A DNA stretch of 64,000 nucleotides from Candidatus Nomurabacteria bacterium (GTDB taxonomy: Bacteria; Patescibacteriota; Minisyncoccia; Phycocordibacterales; CAIZLB01). Positions 17,965-28,920 of the stretch are shown here, piece by piece. Within the stretch, counting starts at the first letter, position 1. Each line of letters opens with the position of its first letter. Location of the stretch: contig CALRFG010000004.1 of assembly GCA_943356525.1 (NCBI GenBank), positions 290 through 64,289 on the forward strand, in the 5' to 3' direction. The notes under the pieces are model-generated. The model worked only from the letters and a program-made list of their open reading frames with translations, was not told the DNA's origin and ran no database searches. The translations under genes and the position numbers were made by a program.

Positions 17965-19683
17965 ATGACATTTGGAAATATACTCAAAGCATACAAATGG
18001 TGGTCTATTCTAACTATACTACTTGGATTTGCAGCAACAGGTTTATATCTTTTAGTTCCTAAACTTGCAGCTCAAGCAATTGACTCCGGTAATTATTCTG
18101 CATGGTCCGGAACTTTAACTTTATTGTTTTTTATTGCTTCCTCAGTTTTTTTGATTACCATAATTCAGATATTTGTTTCGAACTATCTGTCTGAAAAAGT
18201 TGCATTAGATTTACGAGCAAAACTTATTAAAAAAATATCCCGTCAATCTTTTCAATACATAGATGAGTCAACACCAGGGCAATTACAAACCGTTCTTACA
18301 TCGGATGTTGAAGCTGTAAAGGCAATCATAGTTCAAGGTTTCGTAACTTTAGTGAGTGCTATACTGACCTTGGTTGGTGCTATTCTATTTTTGTTAAATA
18401 CAAATCTTCGTTTGGCATTGTACACAATTTCTATAATACCTTTACTTATTATAGTATTTACAATAATTTTTAAATCAGTTAACAAACTTTTTCAACAAAA
18501 TCAGGAAAATATTCAAAATATTTATGCAAATATAAGTGAAACTGTTACAGGGTCTGCATTAATAAGAATTCTCTATGGTACGTCTGAAGAGATTAGAAAA
18601 TTTAAAGTTATAAATGAAAAATCTAAGAAAACTGGATATGGTTTAGTAAAAAATTTTTCATTATTAATTCCTGCTATAATTTTGTTGGCCAATGTAGCCA
18701 ATCTAATAATCATATGGTTTGGCGGAAAGCAGGTTATTTCAGGCGCTATGTCACTTGGAGATTTTTCCGCATTCTTGTCTTACTCAGCTATGTTTATTTG
18801 GCCTATATTTGTTTTAGGTTTTGTAGGACCAGCTGTTTCAAAAGGTCTTGTATCTTTGAAAAGAATAAATGAAGTTATAGATGCTGACATACGAGAGGAA
18901 ACCGGTACCTATGATGGGCCCATATCTGGTGATATAGAGTTTAAAAATGTTTCGTTGACATATACCTCAGCAGAAGGATCAGAGAAGTGTGTTTTAAAAA
19001 ACATTTCTTTTAAGATTAATGCAAAAACAAAAAACGCTATAGTTGGACCAACTGCGGCTGGAAAATCTCAACTATTTTATCTCATGTCTGGACTTATACA
19101 TCCAACAGAGGGTGAGATATACATAGACGGCAAACCTATATCAGAATATAAGATACAAAGTTTATTGAGTCAGATTGGTTTAGTGTTTCAGGAAAGTATT
19201 TTGTTTAACACAAGTTTCAGAGAAAATGTTGCATTTACAGGGGATATAGAAAATAACCAAGATGTGTTTAACAAAGCTATTGAGACCTCCGAATTAACTC
19301 AGCTTATAAAAGAATTACCTGAAGGATTGAATACTATGGTGTCAGAAAGAGGCACGAGTTTATCAGGTGGCCAAAAACAAAGACTGATGTTGGCTCGTGC
19401 GCTCGCTGTAAATCCACAAATACTTTTACTAGATGACTTTACTGCACGTGTTGATCAAAGTACAGAGGCACTTATACTCAGCAATATTTCTGCAAATTTT
19501 CCAGACGTAACCCTTGTATCTATAACTCAAAAAGTTGAACCTATTAAAAATTATGAGCAAATCATAGTACTGATGGAGGGTGAGATAGTTAGTATAGGAA
19601 CCCACGATCAGTTATTAAAAGATTCATTCGAGTACAAACAAATATATGAATCACAAATGACAACAGAAACATTAAAATCATAA
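17965..19683 (+). CDS. ABC exporter subunit (TMD-NBD half transporter) with a catalytically degenerate NBD
   Basis: Six TM helices plus an NBD. Walker A 'GPTAAGKS' is intact and the signature is 'LSGGQKQRL'. Walker B 'LLLDDF' has D in place of the catalytic E, and the H-loop 'SITQK' has Q in place of H. Confidence 0.8.
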   Translation: MTFGNILKAYKWWSILTILLGFAATGLYLLVPKLAAQAIDSGNYSAWSGTLTLLFFIASSVFLITIIQIFVSNYLSEKVALDLRAKLIKKISRQSFQYIDESTPGQLQTVLTSDVEAVKAIIVQGFVTLVSAILTLVGAILFLLNTNLRLALYTISIIPLLIIVFTIIFKSVNKLFQQNQENIQNIYANISETVTGSALIRILYGTSEEIRKFKVINEKSKKTGYGLVKNFSLLIPAIILLANVANLIIIWFGGKQVISGAMSLGDFSAFLSYSAMFIWPIFVLGFVGPAVSKGLVSLKRINEVIDADIREETGTYDGPISGDIEFKNVSLTYTSAEGSEKCVLKNISFKINAKTKNAIVGPTAAGKSQLFYLMSGLIHPTEGEIYIDGKPISEYKIQSLLSQIGLVFQESILFNTSFRENVAFTGDIENNQDVFNKAIETSELTQLIKELPEGLNTMVSERGTSLSGGQKQRLMLARALAVNPQILLLDDFTARVDQSTEALILSNISANFPDVTLVSITQKVEPIKNYEQIIVLMEGEIVSIGTHDQLLKDSFEYKQIYESQMTTETLKS

Positions 19684-19701
19684 ATTGAAATTATAAATAA
19701 C

Positions 19702-21477
19702 ATGTCACAAATATATACATTAGAAAAAAAAGAACAAAACCAGTCTATACCCTCAAATTCAAAAGGTTCCCTTAGAGGTTTTTTTTCATATATTAAGGAT
19801 GATAAAACCAAGCTCATCATAGTTATTGGTTTTATTTTTATAAACTCAGCAGCAAACACTATTTCACCTTTTTTGATATCAAAAGCTATAGATAAATATA
19901 TAGCAGTTGGTAATATAAATGGTTTACTAAACATAATATATATATTGGCGGGTGTAGCCGCTATTACTGTTATTACAGGATATATGCAAGGTATGCTTAT
20001 AGGTCGTATATCACAACGCACATTATATAGATTAAAAGAAGCTTTGTTTGCAAAACTACAGTCTTTGCCTATAGCATTTTTCAATCAAAATAAAGCGGGG
20101 GATTTGATGAGTCGTATAAACAATGATACAGATAAAATAAATCAATTTCTTTCTCAGTGGATAGGACAGTTTGTAGGTGTTATGTTTTCATTGATTGGTA
20201 TAATTGGTTTTAGTCTTTACTTGAACTGGAAATTATCTTTAGTGATGATGTCTATGGTTGTTTTTATTTATCTCGTAACTCAATTTTTTTCTTCAACTAT
20301 ACGTAAGAAAAATAGAGAAAACCTAGAAGTCAATTCTGATTTTGCATCTAGTCTTCAAGAAAATCTTACAAATTTTAAAGTTGTTGCTGCTTACGGTAAA
20401 AGAGAATATTTAGAAAATCATCTAGATAAAACAAATAATGCAACTTTCAAATCAGCTTTAAGTTCTGGTTTTGCCAACAGAGTCTTTGAGCCTACTTATG
20501 AATTTTTTGGTGCAATTGCTTTGATTTTAGTTTTATCATATGGATTTCATCTTGTATCTATCGGAGATGCCACCGTAGGTATGGTTATTGCTTTTGTAGC
20601 TTATACACAGAGATTTTATGATCCCATGAAAACTTTGGCTACAGCTTTTGGTGCTATACAACTTGCAACTGCAGCTTGGGTAAGATTACAAGATATATTT
20701 TCTTTGGAAAATAATCTTCGCACAGACAGTATAGGAGGTGATAAAACAGGAAAACCAAAACTACGCCTTGAATTGAAAAATGTGTCATTTTCATATGATG
20801 ATAAAAAAATGATTATAGAGAATGCAAATCTTTCCTTTGAACCAGGAAAAACTTATGCACTTGTAGGTCCAACAGGAGGTGGTAAATCTACACTTGCAAA
20901 TATCATGGCCCATCTACATGACCCAACAGAAGGTTATGTGTATCTAAACGGAAAAGATATGATTACTTATTCACAGGAAGAAACAGCTAGAGAAATAAGT
21001 GTTATTCTTCAAGATCCTATATTGTTTACTGGAACTGTGGCTGAAAACATATTGTATGCAAACACAGATTTTAAAGACATGAATATAGCTGATCTAAATC
21101 GTATTCTAGAGCATAAAGGTTTTAAGGATGTTATAAAAAGATTTGAAAATGGTTTAGAAACTCAGGTAAAACAAAATGGTGCTGGTTTGAGTATTGGACA
21201 AAAGCAGCTTATATCTTTTATGAGAGCTATATTACGTGAGCCAAAACTTCTTATTCTGGATGAAGCGACTGCAAATATAGATACGATCACTGAGGCTGTA
21301 TTAAATAAAACCCTAGAGGCTTTACCTCCAGAGACTACTAAGATAATAATTGCCCATAGACTTAATACTATAAAAGAGGCAGATGAGATAATGTTCGTGA
21401 ATGGTCGTCATGTTACCCCTGCAGGGAGTTATGATGCTGCGATAGAGATGATAAAAGGAGCGAAGAGGAGTAGTTAG
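19702..21477 (+). CDS. ABC exporter subunit (TMD-NBD) with canonical catalytic residues but a degenerate signature motif
   Basis: Walker A 'GPTGGGKST', Walker B 'LLILDEAT', H-loop 'IAHRL'. The signature is 'LSIGQ' rather than LSGGQ. Confidence 0.8.
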   Translation: MSQIYTLEKKEQNQSIPSNSKGSLRGFFSYIKDDKTKLIIVIGFIFINSAANTISPFLISKAIDKYIAVGNINGLLNIIYILAGVAAITVITGYMQGMLIGRISQRTLYRLKEALFAKLQSLPIAFFNQNKAGDLMSRINNDTDKINQFLSQWIGQFVGVMFSLIGIIGFSLYLNWKLSLVMMSMVVFIYLVTQFFSSTIRKKNRENLEVNSDFASSLQENLTNFKVVAAYGKREYLENHLDKTNNATFKSALSSGFANRVFEPTYEFFGAIALILVLSYGFHLVSIGDATVGMVIAFVAYTQRFYDPMKTLATAFGAIQLATAAWVRLQDIFSLENNLRTDSIGGDKTGKPKLRLELKNVSFSYDDKKMIIENANLSFEPGKTYALVGPTGGGKSTLANIMAHLHDPTEGYVYLNGKDMITYSQEETAREISVILQDPILFTGTVAENILYANTDFKDMNIADLNRILEHKGFKDVIKRFENGLETQVKQNGAGLSIGQKQLISFMRAILREPKLLILDEATANIDTITEAVLNKTLEALPPETTKIIIAHRLNTIKEADEIMFVNGRHVTPAGSYDAAIEMIKGAKRSS

Positions 21478-21481
21478 ATAT

Positions 21482-21754
21482 ATGAAATATTATACTTACA
21501 TACTCGAATGCAATGACGGAACTTTATACACAGGTTGGACGGTTGATATAGATAAAAGGGTTTTGGCTCATAATGGCGTGGGTACAAAAACTGGTGCTAA
21601 GTACACTAGTGCACGTAGACCAGTGAAAATCGTATATCAAGAGGAGTGTTTTGGAAAAAGTCAGGCGATGAAGAGGGAAATAGAAATAAAGAAGATGACA
21701 AGGGTTGGAAAGTTAGGGTTGATAAATGGCAATAATCATTCAATTGATTTATAA
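21482..21754 (+). CDS. Small GIY-YIG nuclease-domain protein (UPF0213/YhbQ-like)
   Basis: 'YYTYILECNDGTLYTGWTVDIDKRVLAHN' is the GIY-YIG core. Confidence 0.75.
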   Translation: MKYYTYILECNDGTLYTGWTVDIDKRVLAHNGVGTKTGAKYTSARRPVKIVYQEECFGKSQAMKREIEIKKMTRVGKLGLINGNNHSIDL

Positions 21755-21762
21755 TAAACCCA

Positions 21763-22839
21763 ATGCAAATTGTTTTTCTCATCAAACCCTATTCCATAAA
21801 TATGTATTCTTATAAAGATGATTCTTATAATCTTTTGGGTACTCAAGATATTTCTTATATTGAAAATGAAAACAATACTGACTATGAAAATCGTATGATT
21901 TATGTTTGTAAAGACATATGTCAAGATTTTATAAATACCGACGTTTATAAAAATATAAAAAAAGATATCATCAACATAAAAGTTTTTTTAACAAACCCTT
22001 GGTGTATTTATGAAATTATGAATCTTGAAAAGGAGTTTGAAAAGCCACAAAAGATAGATAAAAACCTTATAGATAAGATGATGTTACACAAGGCAAATGA
22101 AAATACATCTATATTGAAAAATAGTATATTTAACATAGCTCTTAATGGATATAATGTTCAAACTATAAATAATCAAATTGCTAAGAAAATAAGTCTACAA
22201 TATATAAGTATATATTCTTCTACAAATTTTCTTGATAAATTAAAAAATACTTTAGAGACAATATTTCACCTACATCCGATCGAAATAGATTCTATCTATT
22301 CACATATCAATGAAAATCATGAAGATAATAAATCAGAAAACCAATTAAAGATCATTATCGAAGATCAGGGTTTAGATTTATCATACATATATCAAAATAA
22401 AAATATAGCTTCATTTTTTACTTCTTCTGGTGGTTTTACTTTTAAAAATAAGATGAAAGAGTTTCTAGATATTGATTCAATAATATTGGATAAAATCTTA
22501 AGATCAAAAACACTTAATCTAAATAAAAATAATTTGACTGTTATTCATGAAAAAAATCTAGATAATATTTGGCCAGATTTAGATGAAACAATTAAATCAA
22601 ATATAGAAGAAGTTATTAACAAAGAGTTAGATATTATTAAAACTCAAATTAGAAAATTTATCGATAGTATAGACAATGAATTTATTACAAAAGATGTTAA
22701 TATAAACATATACAGTTTAGATGAGATGAGTTTGAATACCACAGGACTTATATTGGAGTATTCTGTAAAAGAGGATATGTATATTAGAGGAAAATTATTA
22801 ACTAATGAATCAAAAGTATTTACTAAAAAGATATTTTAA
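21763..22839 (+). CDS. Hypothetical protein, N/K/I-rich low complexity
   Basis: Long ORF with a consistent leaderless promoter (TATAAT plus 7 nt). No recognisable domain. Confidence 0.4.
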   Translation: MQIVFLIKPYSINMYSYKDDSYNLLGTQDISYIENENNTDYENRMIYVCKDICQDFINTDVYKNIKKDIINIKVFLTNPWCIYEIMNLEKEFEKPQKIDKNLIDKMMLHKANENTSILKNSIFNIALNGYNVQTINNQIAKKISLQYISIYSSTNFLDKLKNTLETIFHLHPIEIDSIYSHINENHEDNKSENQLKIIIEDQGLDLSYIYQNKNIASFFTSSGGFTFKNKMKEFLDIDSIILDKILRSKTLNLNKNNLTVIHEKNLDNIWPDLDETIKSNIEEVINKELDIIKTQIRKFIDSIDNEFITKDVNINIYSLDEMSLNTTGLILEYSVKEDMYIRGKLLTNESKVFTKKIF

Positions 22840-22853
22840 ATTAAAATAAGAAT

Positions 22854-24059
22854 ATGTATTCAGATATTATACCACCTAATAAAAAAAATAAACTTTCAAA
22901 AATTAAAGCTCCTGTAGAGCATAAGGTCAAAGAATCTAAGAAGTTAAAAGACGAACCTTTTGTTGCACCTGGAGAGGTGTATCACACGGCTTACGGCGAA
23001 GACAGAAAGAGTAAATTACCTGTTATATTGACGTTGTTAACATTGTTAACTTTAGCTATTGTTTATTATTCAGTTTTCAATAATAAGACTAATATATCAT
23101 TTGAATCTAAATCAACTATTTTTGAAATAAAAGATAGGATACCTATGGCATTGTCAGAGAAAAATCAAAAATCTAGTACAACATTGTCATACAACCTTAT
23201 CTATAATAATGATAATGAAAATAGAAATATTTTTGCTCCTATAGTTGAAGGGGCCACTTCAACCCCAAAAACTAATACTACCTCAAACGATCAAAGTTTT
23301 GAATATTACACATTGAATAATTCAACAACATCGATAACCTTATCAAAGAAAGTTAAGCTAATAAACACATACAATACAAATGTACAAATTATAAAAGATA
23401 CAAGGTTTGATGTGGACGGTGTTACATATTATATTGACAGAGCTGTTGATCTTAAAAAATCCGTAAACCCATCAACAAGTACTACCAATTATAAAGTTAT
23501 AGGTTTTAAAGGTACAGCCAAATATGAAAAATTTTATGCCATCGATTACGTAGATACTTCTGTGTCCGATGATGCTCCAGTTGTTGAAGGTGATAAAAAT
23601 ATACCAAATAATGATTTACTGTCACTTATACCTGATAATTTTATTCCTTTAAAGAAAAATTATGTTTATGATAAAACAATTGATCAAACTGCTTTGGTTG
23701 TTATAGATAAAAAAGATTTTGAAAAAGTTTTATTGGCTGAAACAAAGCTAATACAGGAATATGCTAAATCATTTACCACTATATCTGATCTAGTTGAATA
23801 TGAAATAAGTATAAATGATTATGAAATAGAACTTGACTCACAAACAGGATTGCCAATCGCATTTAATAATCTAAATCTTGAAATAATCACCCGAATAAAA
23901 AAAGATAAAGTAGCTTCAGTCTTTAAAGGATTTTCTAAAGAGACAATGAAAAAGATTAAAAATGAAATTTCTAAGAATATAACTATGAATATATCATATT
24001 CACCATTTTGGGTAACTAAAGTATCCGATGAAGATCACATTAGTGTAGAGGTTAAATAG
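22854..24059 (+). CDS. Hypothetical membrane-anchored protein
   Basis: Single transmembrane helix 'LPVILTLLTLLTLAIVYYSVF'. The remainder is S/T/N-rich and probably extracytoplasmic. Confidence 0.4.
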   Translation: MYSDIIPPNKKNKLSKIKAPVEHKVKESKKLKDEPFVAPGEVYHTAYGEDRKSKLPVILTLLTLLTLAIVYYSVFNNKTNISFESKSTIFEIKDRIPMALSEKNQKSSTTLSYNLIYNNDNENRNIFAPIVEGATSTPKTNTTSNDQSFEYYTLNNSTTSITLSKKVKLINTYNTNVQIIKDTRFDVDGVTYYIDRAVDLKKSVNPSTSTTNYKVIGFKGTAKYEKFYAIDYVDTSVSDDAPVVEGDKNIPNNDLLSLIPDNFIPLKKNYVYDKTIDQTALVVIDKKDFEKVLLAETKLIQEYAKSFTTISDLVEYEISINDYEIELDSQTGLPIAFNNLNLEIITRIKKDKVASVFKGFSKETMKKIKNEISKNITMNISYSPFWVTKVSDEDHISVEVK

Positions 24060-24111
24060 CGGGCTAAATAGAAACTTAAATAAAAGACCATTATGTGTTA
24101 ATATCAATCTT

Positions 24112-25371
24112 ATGCGACATACAAATATATTCATAAAGACCAGAAAAGAGTATCCAAGAGATGAACTTGCTAAAAATGCCCAAGTCCTTATAAAAGCAGG
24201 CTTTGTTCATAAAGAGATGGCGGGTGCATATGCCTATTTACCCTTCGGTATCAGGGTTTTGGAAAATATTAAAAAAATAGCCCGTGATGAAATGAATAGT
24301 GCTTCTGGACAAGAAATAATAATGTCATCTTTACAGAAAAAAGAAACATGGGAGTCTACTGATAGATGGAATGATTCTAATGTGGACATATGGTTCAAAA
24401 GCGAGCTCAAAAATGGAACAGAGATAGGCTTTGGTTGGTCACATGAAGAACCTATAACAGATATGATGAAAAATTTTATATCATCATATAAAGATTTACC
24501 TATATACACATATCAATTTCAAACTAAGTTCAGAAATGAACTTCGCGCAAAAAGTGGTATTATGCGTGGAAGAGAATTTGTGATGAAAGATTTGTATTCT
24601 TATTCAAAAAATCAAAAAGATCATGAGGTTTTTTATAATAAAATGATAGAAGCCTATAAATCATTTTACGAAAAAGTAGGACTTGGAAAAGATACTTTTG
24701 TAACTGTGGCCTCAGGTGGTGTTTTTACAAAAAATATTTCTCATGAATTTCAAACCATATGCGATGCAGGTGAAGATATTGTTTACATAGATAGAGAAAA
24801 TAATAAAGCGTATAACGAAGAAGCTGTGAAAGAATCTAACATAGAAGTCAGTAAGTTTGAAAAAGTTAAAACAGCTGAAGTTGGTAATATATTCTCTTTT
24901 GGATCTGACAAATGTGAACAAATGGGATTAATGTTTATGGATAGTGATGGTGTTAATAAACCAGTAACATTAGGCTCATATGGTATAGGTATAACTCGAG
25001 TTATGGGTGTTATTGTAGAAAAATATGCCGATGAAAAAGGACTTGTTTGGCCAAAAAATATCGCACCGTATCATATTGTAATTGTTTCATTGTCAAAAGA
25101 TAAAGAAGATAAAGTTTATGAAGAGTCGGAAAATATTTATAAAGCAATTAAAGATAGATACGAAGTTTTACTTGATGATAGAAATATGAACGCTGGCTCT
25201 AAAATGTTTGATGCTGATTTATATGGTATACCGCTACAGATAATTATAGGGGATAAAAGTTTAGCAAAAGGTTGTGTGGAAATAAAAAACCGCCAGAATG
25301 GGGAAGTTGTAGAGGTTGACCTTAAGGATGTTGAGGATAAATTAAAAGAAATACTCCTTATCTTATTTTAG
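24112..25371 (+). CDS. proS: Proline--tRNA ligase, compact form without the INS editing domain
   Basis: 'RVLENI...', the class II motifs and a C-terminal anticodon-binding domain are present. At 419 aa it is far shorter than the roughly 570-aa bacterial ProRS. Confidence 0.8.
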   Translation: MRHTNIFIKTRKEYPRDELAKNAQVLIKAGFVHKEMAGAYAYLPFGIRVLENIKKIARDEMNSASGQEIIMSSLQKKETWESTDRWNDSNVDIWFKSELKNGTEIGFGWSHEEPITDMMKNFISSYKDLPIYTYQFQTKFRNELRAKSGIMRGREFVMKDLYSYSKNQKDHEVFYNKMIEAYKSFYEKVGLGKDTFVTVASGGVFTKNISHEFQTICDAGEDIVYIDRENNKAYNEEAVKESNIEVSKFEKVKTAEVGNIFSFGSDKCEQMGLMFMDSDGVNKPVTLGSYGIGITRVMGVIVEKYADEKGLVWPKNIAPYHIVIVSLSKDKEDKVYEESENIYKAIKDRYEVLLDDRNMNAGSKMFDADLYGIPLQIIIGDKSLAKGCVEIKNRQNGEVVEVDLKDVEDKLKEILLILF

Positions 25372-25423
25372 AAAGTATTTTATATAGATTTTATCTATAA
25401 ATAGATATATAATTATTTATGTT

Positions 25424-25963
25424 ATGAACATTTTAATATTTACGTTAGTTATTTTAGGTACAATAATCACTTCAACTATGTACGCTTCCGTTTTCGAATG
25501 GGTTCTACATAAACACGTTATGCATAAAAAGCCATTTGGTTTCAATTATGCGTATAAACATCATCATCAAATACATCATGTTGTTTTTGGTGGATACAAA
25601 ACATATAAACTCTCAGGACATAAGCCAGAGAAACAAGAAAAAGATAAAAAGACTATTCCTATGGCTTGGTGGAATTGGATAGTTCTATTGATAATAGCTG
25701 TTTCACCTATAGCAGCGACAATATCCATATTTTTTGGAGTATGGTTTCCTGCTGTAGTGACTGCGATAATCTTCTTTTTATACTACTGTACATATGAATA
25801 CACTCATTGGTGTATGCATGATTCAAAGGGTAGATGGTTTGAAAATAAAAAATGGTTTCTTAATCTCGATCATCGTCACAGATTACATCATCAAAATACC
25901 AATACCAACTTCAATGTTGTTTGGCCATTTGCTGACTTCTTGCTTAAGACATTACGAACCTGA
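25424..25963 (+). CDS. Membrane protein of the fatty-acid hydroxylase / sterol desaturase superfamily
   Basis: Three histidine boxes are present: 'HKHVMH', 'HHHQIHH' and 'HRHRLHH'. There are four hydrophobic segments. Confidence 0.55.
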   Translation: MNILIFTLVILGTIITSTMYASVFEWVLHKHVMHKKPFGFNYAYKHHHQIHHVVFGGYKTYKLSGHKPEKQEKDKKTIPMAWWNWIVLLIIAVSPIAATISIFFGVWFPAVVTAIIFFLYYCTYEYTHWCMHDSKGRWFENKKWFLNLDHRHRLHHQNTNTNFNVVWPFADFLLKTLRT

Positions 25964-25967
25964 ATCA

Positions 25968-26003
25968 AAAGCCCTGATTTCTTACATAGATCAGGGTTTT
26001 TTA
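25968..26003 (+). terminator. Intrinsic terminator
   Basis: Stem CCCTGAT...ATCAGGG followed by TTTTTT. Confidence 0.7.
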
Positions 26004-26140
26004 TTAATAAAATCTAAAGAAATTATTATCATGACATTAAATCTCGATTTAATTAAGAAAAATTAAAATCGTAGTTTTTTTAAGTTTTGCTCCCAAACCC
26101 CTCCCAAAACTAAAAAAACTGTGCTACTATATCAACACAT

Positions 26141-26362
26141 ATGTCAAATCAAGATAAGGAAGGAAAAATAATCCTAAACGGTATAGTTATAGAATCATTA
26201 CCGGATACTCATTTTCGTGTTCAACTAGAGGATGGCGCTATTTTACTTGCTTATATGAGTGGTAAAATGAAATACAATAGAATACGTATATATGTAGGGG
26301 ATAAAGTAGAAATAGAATTGGATAGTTACGGAGGAAAGCCAAAACTTATCAGAAGAAAATAG
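26141..26362 (+). CDS. infA: Translation initiation factor IF-1
   Basis: S1-like OB fold: 'VIESLPDTHFRVQLEDGAILLAYMSGKMK...IRIYVGDKVEIEL'. Confidence 0.9.
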   Translation: MSNQDKEGKIILNGIVIESLPDTHFRVQLEDGAILLAYMSGKMKYNRIRIYVGDKVEIELDSYGGKPKLIRRK

Positions 26363-26387
26363 TTAAAAATGATATAATAAAACCTAT

Positions 26388-27680
26388 ATGAAATGTGATA
26401 TTAAATACAGGTTTTTTTTATTGATTGTAATTATATTTTCTCAATTTTCAAATATAAACGTGTCTTCTATTTATGCTGAAGATAGTGCACGAGATTTACA
26501 ACAAAAGATAGATGAAAGAACATCTCTTATAAAAAAACTAGATGAAGAGATAAAAACTTATGCAGATCTCGCTGACAAGTCATCACGTGAAGCTCTGACT
26601 TTAAATAATTATATTAAAACATTGGACAATCAAGTAAAGTCCACATCAGCAGATATACGAAAAAGTCAAAATTCTATAGATAAAACAAGTCTACAGATCA
26701 AGCAGATCTCAAACGAGATAACTGGTAGCGAAGAAAAGATTGCAAGGTTAAGGTCTGGTATAAAGGAGAGTGTTATAAATCAATATAAACTTGATAAAGT
26801 TTCTGTTATTGAAAATTTCTTGGCTGAAAAAAATATAATGGCCTCTATTAAGGAGATAGAGTTTTTGAAAATAGTACAACAAAATATACAAAATAGTATA
26901 ACGGAGATTTTTCAAATAAAAAAAATTTTAGAAAAAGATAAAACTTCTGAACAGATAAGAAAAGAAGATTTAGAGATAGAAAAAGAAAAACTTAAAACTA
27001 AACAAACTTCTTTAAATATAGTTAAAGATGAGCAAAAAAAAGAATTAATAATAACTAAAAATCAAGAAAGTAATTTCAAAAATATACTGGCTGAAAGAAA
27101 AAAACAAAAAGAAGCTTTCGAAAAAGAGATGTTTGATTATGAAAAAAAATTAAAATATGTTTTAAATCCCTCATCAATTCCAAAGTCTGGCTCTTCAGCA
27201 TTAGCTTGGCCACTTGAAGTTGTACGCATAACTCAAAGATTTGGTATTACAAATGCTTCAAAACGTTTATATGCTTCTGGATCGCACAACGGAGCTGATT
27301 TTGGTGCTAAGATAGGCACTCCAGTTTTATCTATGGGAGACGGCATCTTAGTTGCTCAAGGAGATACTGATGCATCTTGCAGAGGTGTATCTTTTGGTAA
27401 ATGGATACTTATCAAATACAATAATGGATTGGCTTCAACTTATGGTCATTTATCAAAACTAAACTTGCAAACTGGCGCTACTGTTAAATCAGGGGACATT
27501 GTTGGATTTTCGGGCAATACTGGCTACTCTACAGGACCTCATCTTCATGTCAGTATGTATCCAGCTGACGCAGTTAACGCTATAGCAAGACCTTCTGCAT
27601 CGTGTCCGGGAGTTGATTTAACTATGCCTATAGCCGCTGTAAATGCTTATCTAGACCCTTTGGCTTATATGCCCAAATAA
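26388..27680 (+). CDS. Peptidoglycan DD-metalloendopeptidase (M23/LytM domain) with an N-terminal coiled coil, EnvC/NlpD-like
   Basis: Signal peptide, then a long coiled coil, then the M23 motifs 'HNGADFGA', 'GHLSK' and 'GNTGYSTGPHLH'. Confidence 0.8.
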   Translation: MKCDIKYRFFLLIVIIFSQFSNINVSSIYAEDSARDLQQKIDERTSLIKKLDEEIKTYADLADKSSREALTLNNYIKTLDNQVKSTSADIRKSQNSIDKTSLQIKQISNEITGSEEKIARLRSGIKESVINQYKLDKVSVIENFLAEKNIMASIKEIEFLKIVQQNIQNSITEIFQIKKILEKDKTSEQIRKEDLEIEKEKLKTKQTSLNIVKDEQKKELIITKNQESNFKNILAERKKQKEAFEKEMFDYEKKLKYVLNPSSIPKSGSSALAWPLEVVRITQRFGITNASKRLYASGSHNGADFGAKIGTPVLSMGDGILVAQGDTDASCRGVSFGKWILIKYNNGLASTYGHLSKLNLQTGATVKSGDIVGFSGNTGYSTGPHLHVSMYPADAVNAIARPSASCPGVDLTMPIAAVNAYLDPLAYMPK

Positions 27681-27722
27681 AAATATCGCAAAAATCAGGA
27701 CATATGTTATAATCTCAACAAT

Positions 27723-28814
27723 ATGAGTAAAGATTATTATAAAACACTTGGATTAAATAAAAATGCCTCGCAAGAAGAGATAAAAAAAGCCTTTAGAAAA
27801 CTTGCTTTAGAGCATCACCCTGATAAAACTGGGGGTGAGGATAAAAAATTCAAAGAGATTAATGAAGCCTATTCTACTTTATCTGATTCTAAAAAGAGAC
27901 AACAATATGACACTTTCGGTTCAGCTGGTGCATCTCAGGGGGGTGGACAAGGTTATGGACAAGGTCAAGGTTTTGAAGGTTTTGATTTTTCAGGATTTGC
28001 AGGACAAGGAGGGCAGAATTATGAATTCGATTTAGGTGATATGTTTGGATCTTTCTTTGGTGGAGGAAGAGGAGGGAGAGGTGGAGGACAGGTACAACAA
28101 AAAAGAGGACAAGATATAACAATAAGCGTGCAAATAACATTTAAAGAATCTGTTTTAGGGACTGATAAAACTATCGAATATAATAGACACAAGATTTGTA
28201 ACACATGTAATGGTTTGAAAGGAACTGATCTTAAAAAATGTACAAAATGTGATGGTGTAGGTCATATAACAAAAGTACAGAGAACTATTTTGGGGAATAT
28301 AGAACAGCGTTATGTTTGTGACGAGTGCGATGGAAATGGAAAAATTCCAAGTAAGAAATGTATCACTTGTCACGGGGCGGGTGTTTTAAAACAAAAAGAA
28401 TCTTTGACGATTCATATTCCCTCAGGTATTGAAAACGGTGAACAATTGCGTGTAGCGAGTAGAGGTGAAGCTGTTGCAGGTGGAACGGAAGGCAATCTTT
28501 ACATACAGATAAGTATAAAAGCTGATCCGATTTTTAGAAAAGATAGAACAAAAGTTTATATGACACTGCATATACCTTTGTCTATTGCTATAGGTGGAGG
28601 GGATATGAAAGTAAACTCTTATGATCAAGATTTTACCCTAACTATTCCACATGGATCTAATACAATGGATGTGTTGAGGGTAAAAGAGAAGGGTGGTTTT
28701 GTTGATGCCAAAAGAAGAGATGATATGCATATAACTTTGAGAGTTGATATGCCAAAAAAAGTAGGGAGTGAGGTGAAAAAGATTGTGAAGGATTTGGAAA
28801 ATCTTGGTTACTAG
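27723..28814 (+). CDS. dnaJ: Chaperone DnaJ
   Basis: J-domain 'HPD', a G/F-rich linker, and four C-x2-C-x-G-x-G zinc-finger repeats. Confidence 0.9.
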   Translation: MSKDYYKTLGLNKNASQEEIKKAFRKLALEHHPDKTGGEDKKFKEINEAYSTLSDSKKRQQYDTFGSAGASQGGGQGYGQGQGFEGFDFSGFAGQGGQNYEFDLGDMFGSFFGGGRGGRGGGQVQQKRGQDITISVQITFKESVLGTDKTIEYNRHKICNTCNGLKGTDLKKCTKCDGVGHITKVQRTILGNIEQRYVCDECDGNGKIPSKKCITCHGAGVLKQKESLTIHIPSGIENGEQLRVASRGEAVAGGTEGNLYIQISIKADPIFRKDRTKVYMTLHIPLSIAIGGGDMKVNSYDQDFTLTIPHGSNTMDVLRVKEKGGFVDAKRRDDMHITLRVDMPKKVGSEVKKIVKDLENLGY

Positions 28815-28920
28815 ATTTTATTTTCGGAGTAAAATCATACGCAGACTTTGTTTACTGTAAAAAAACAAAGTCGAGGACTTCTGATTGAACAAAATAAATA
28901 AAATCTGATATAATAATCTC

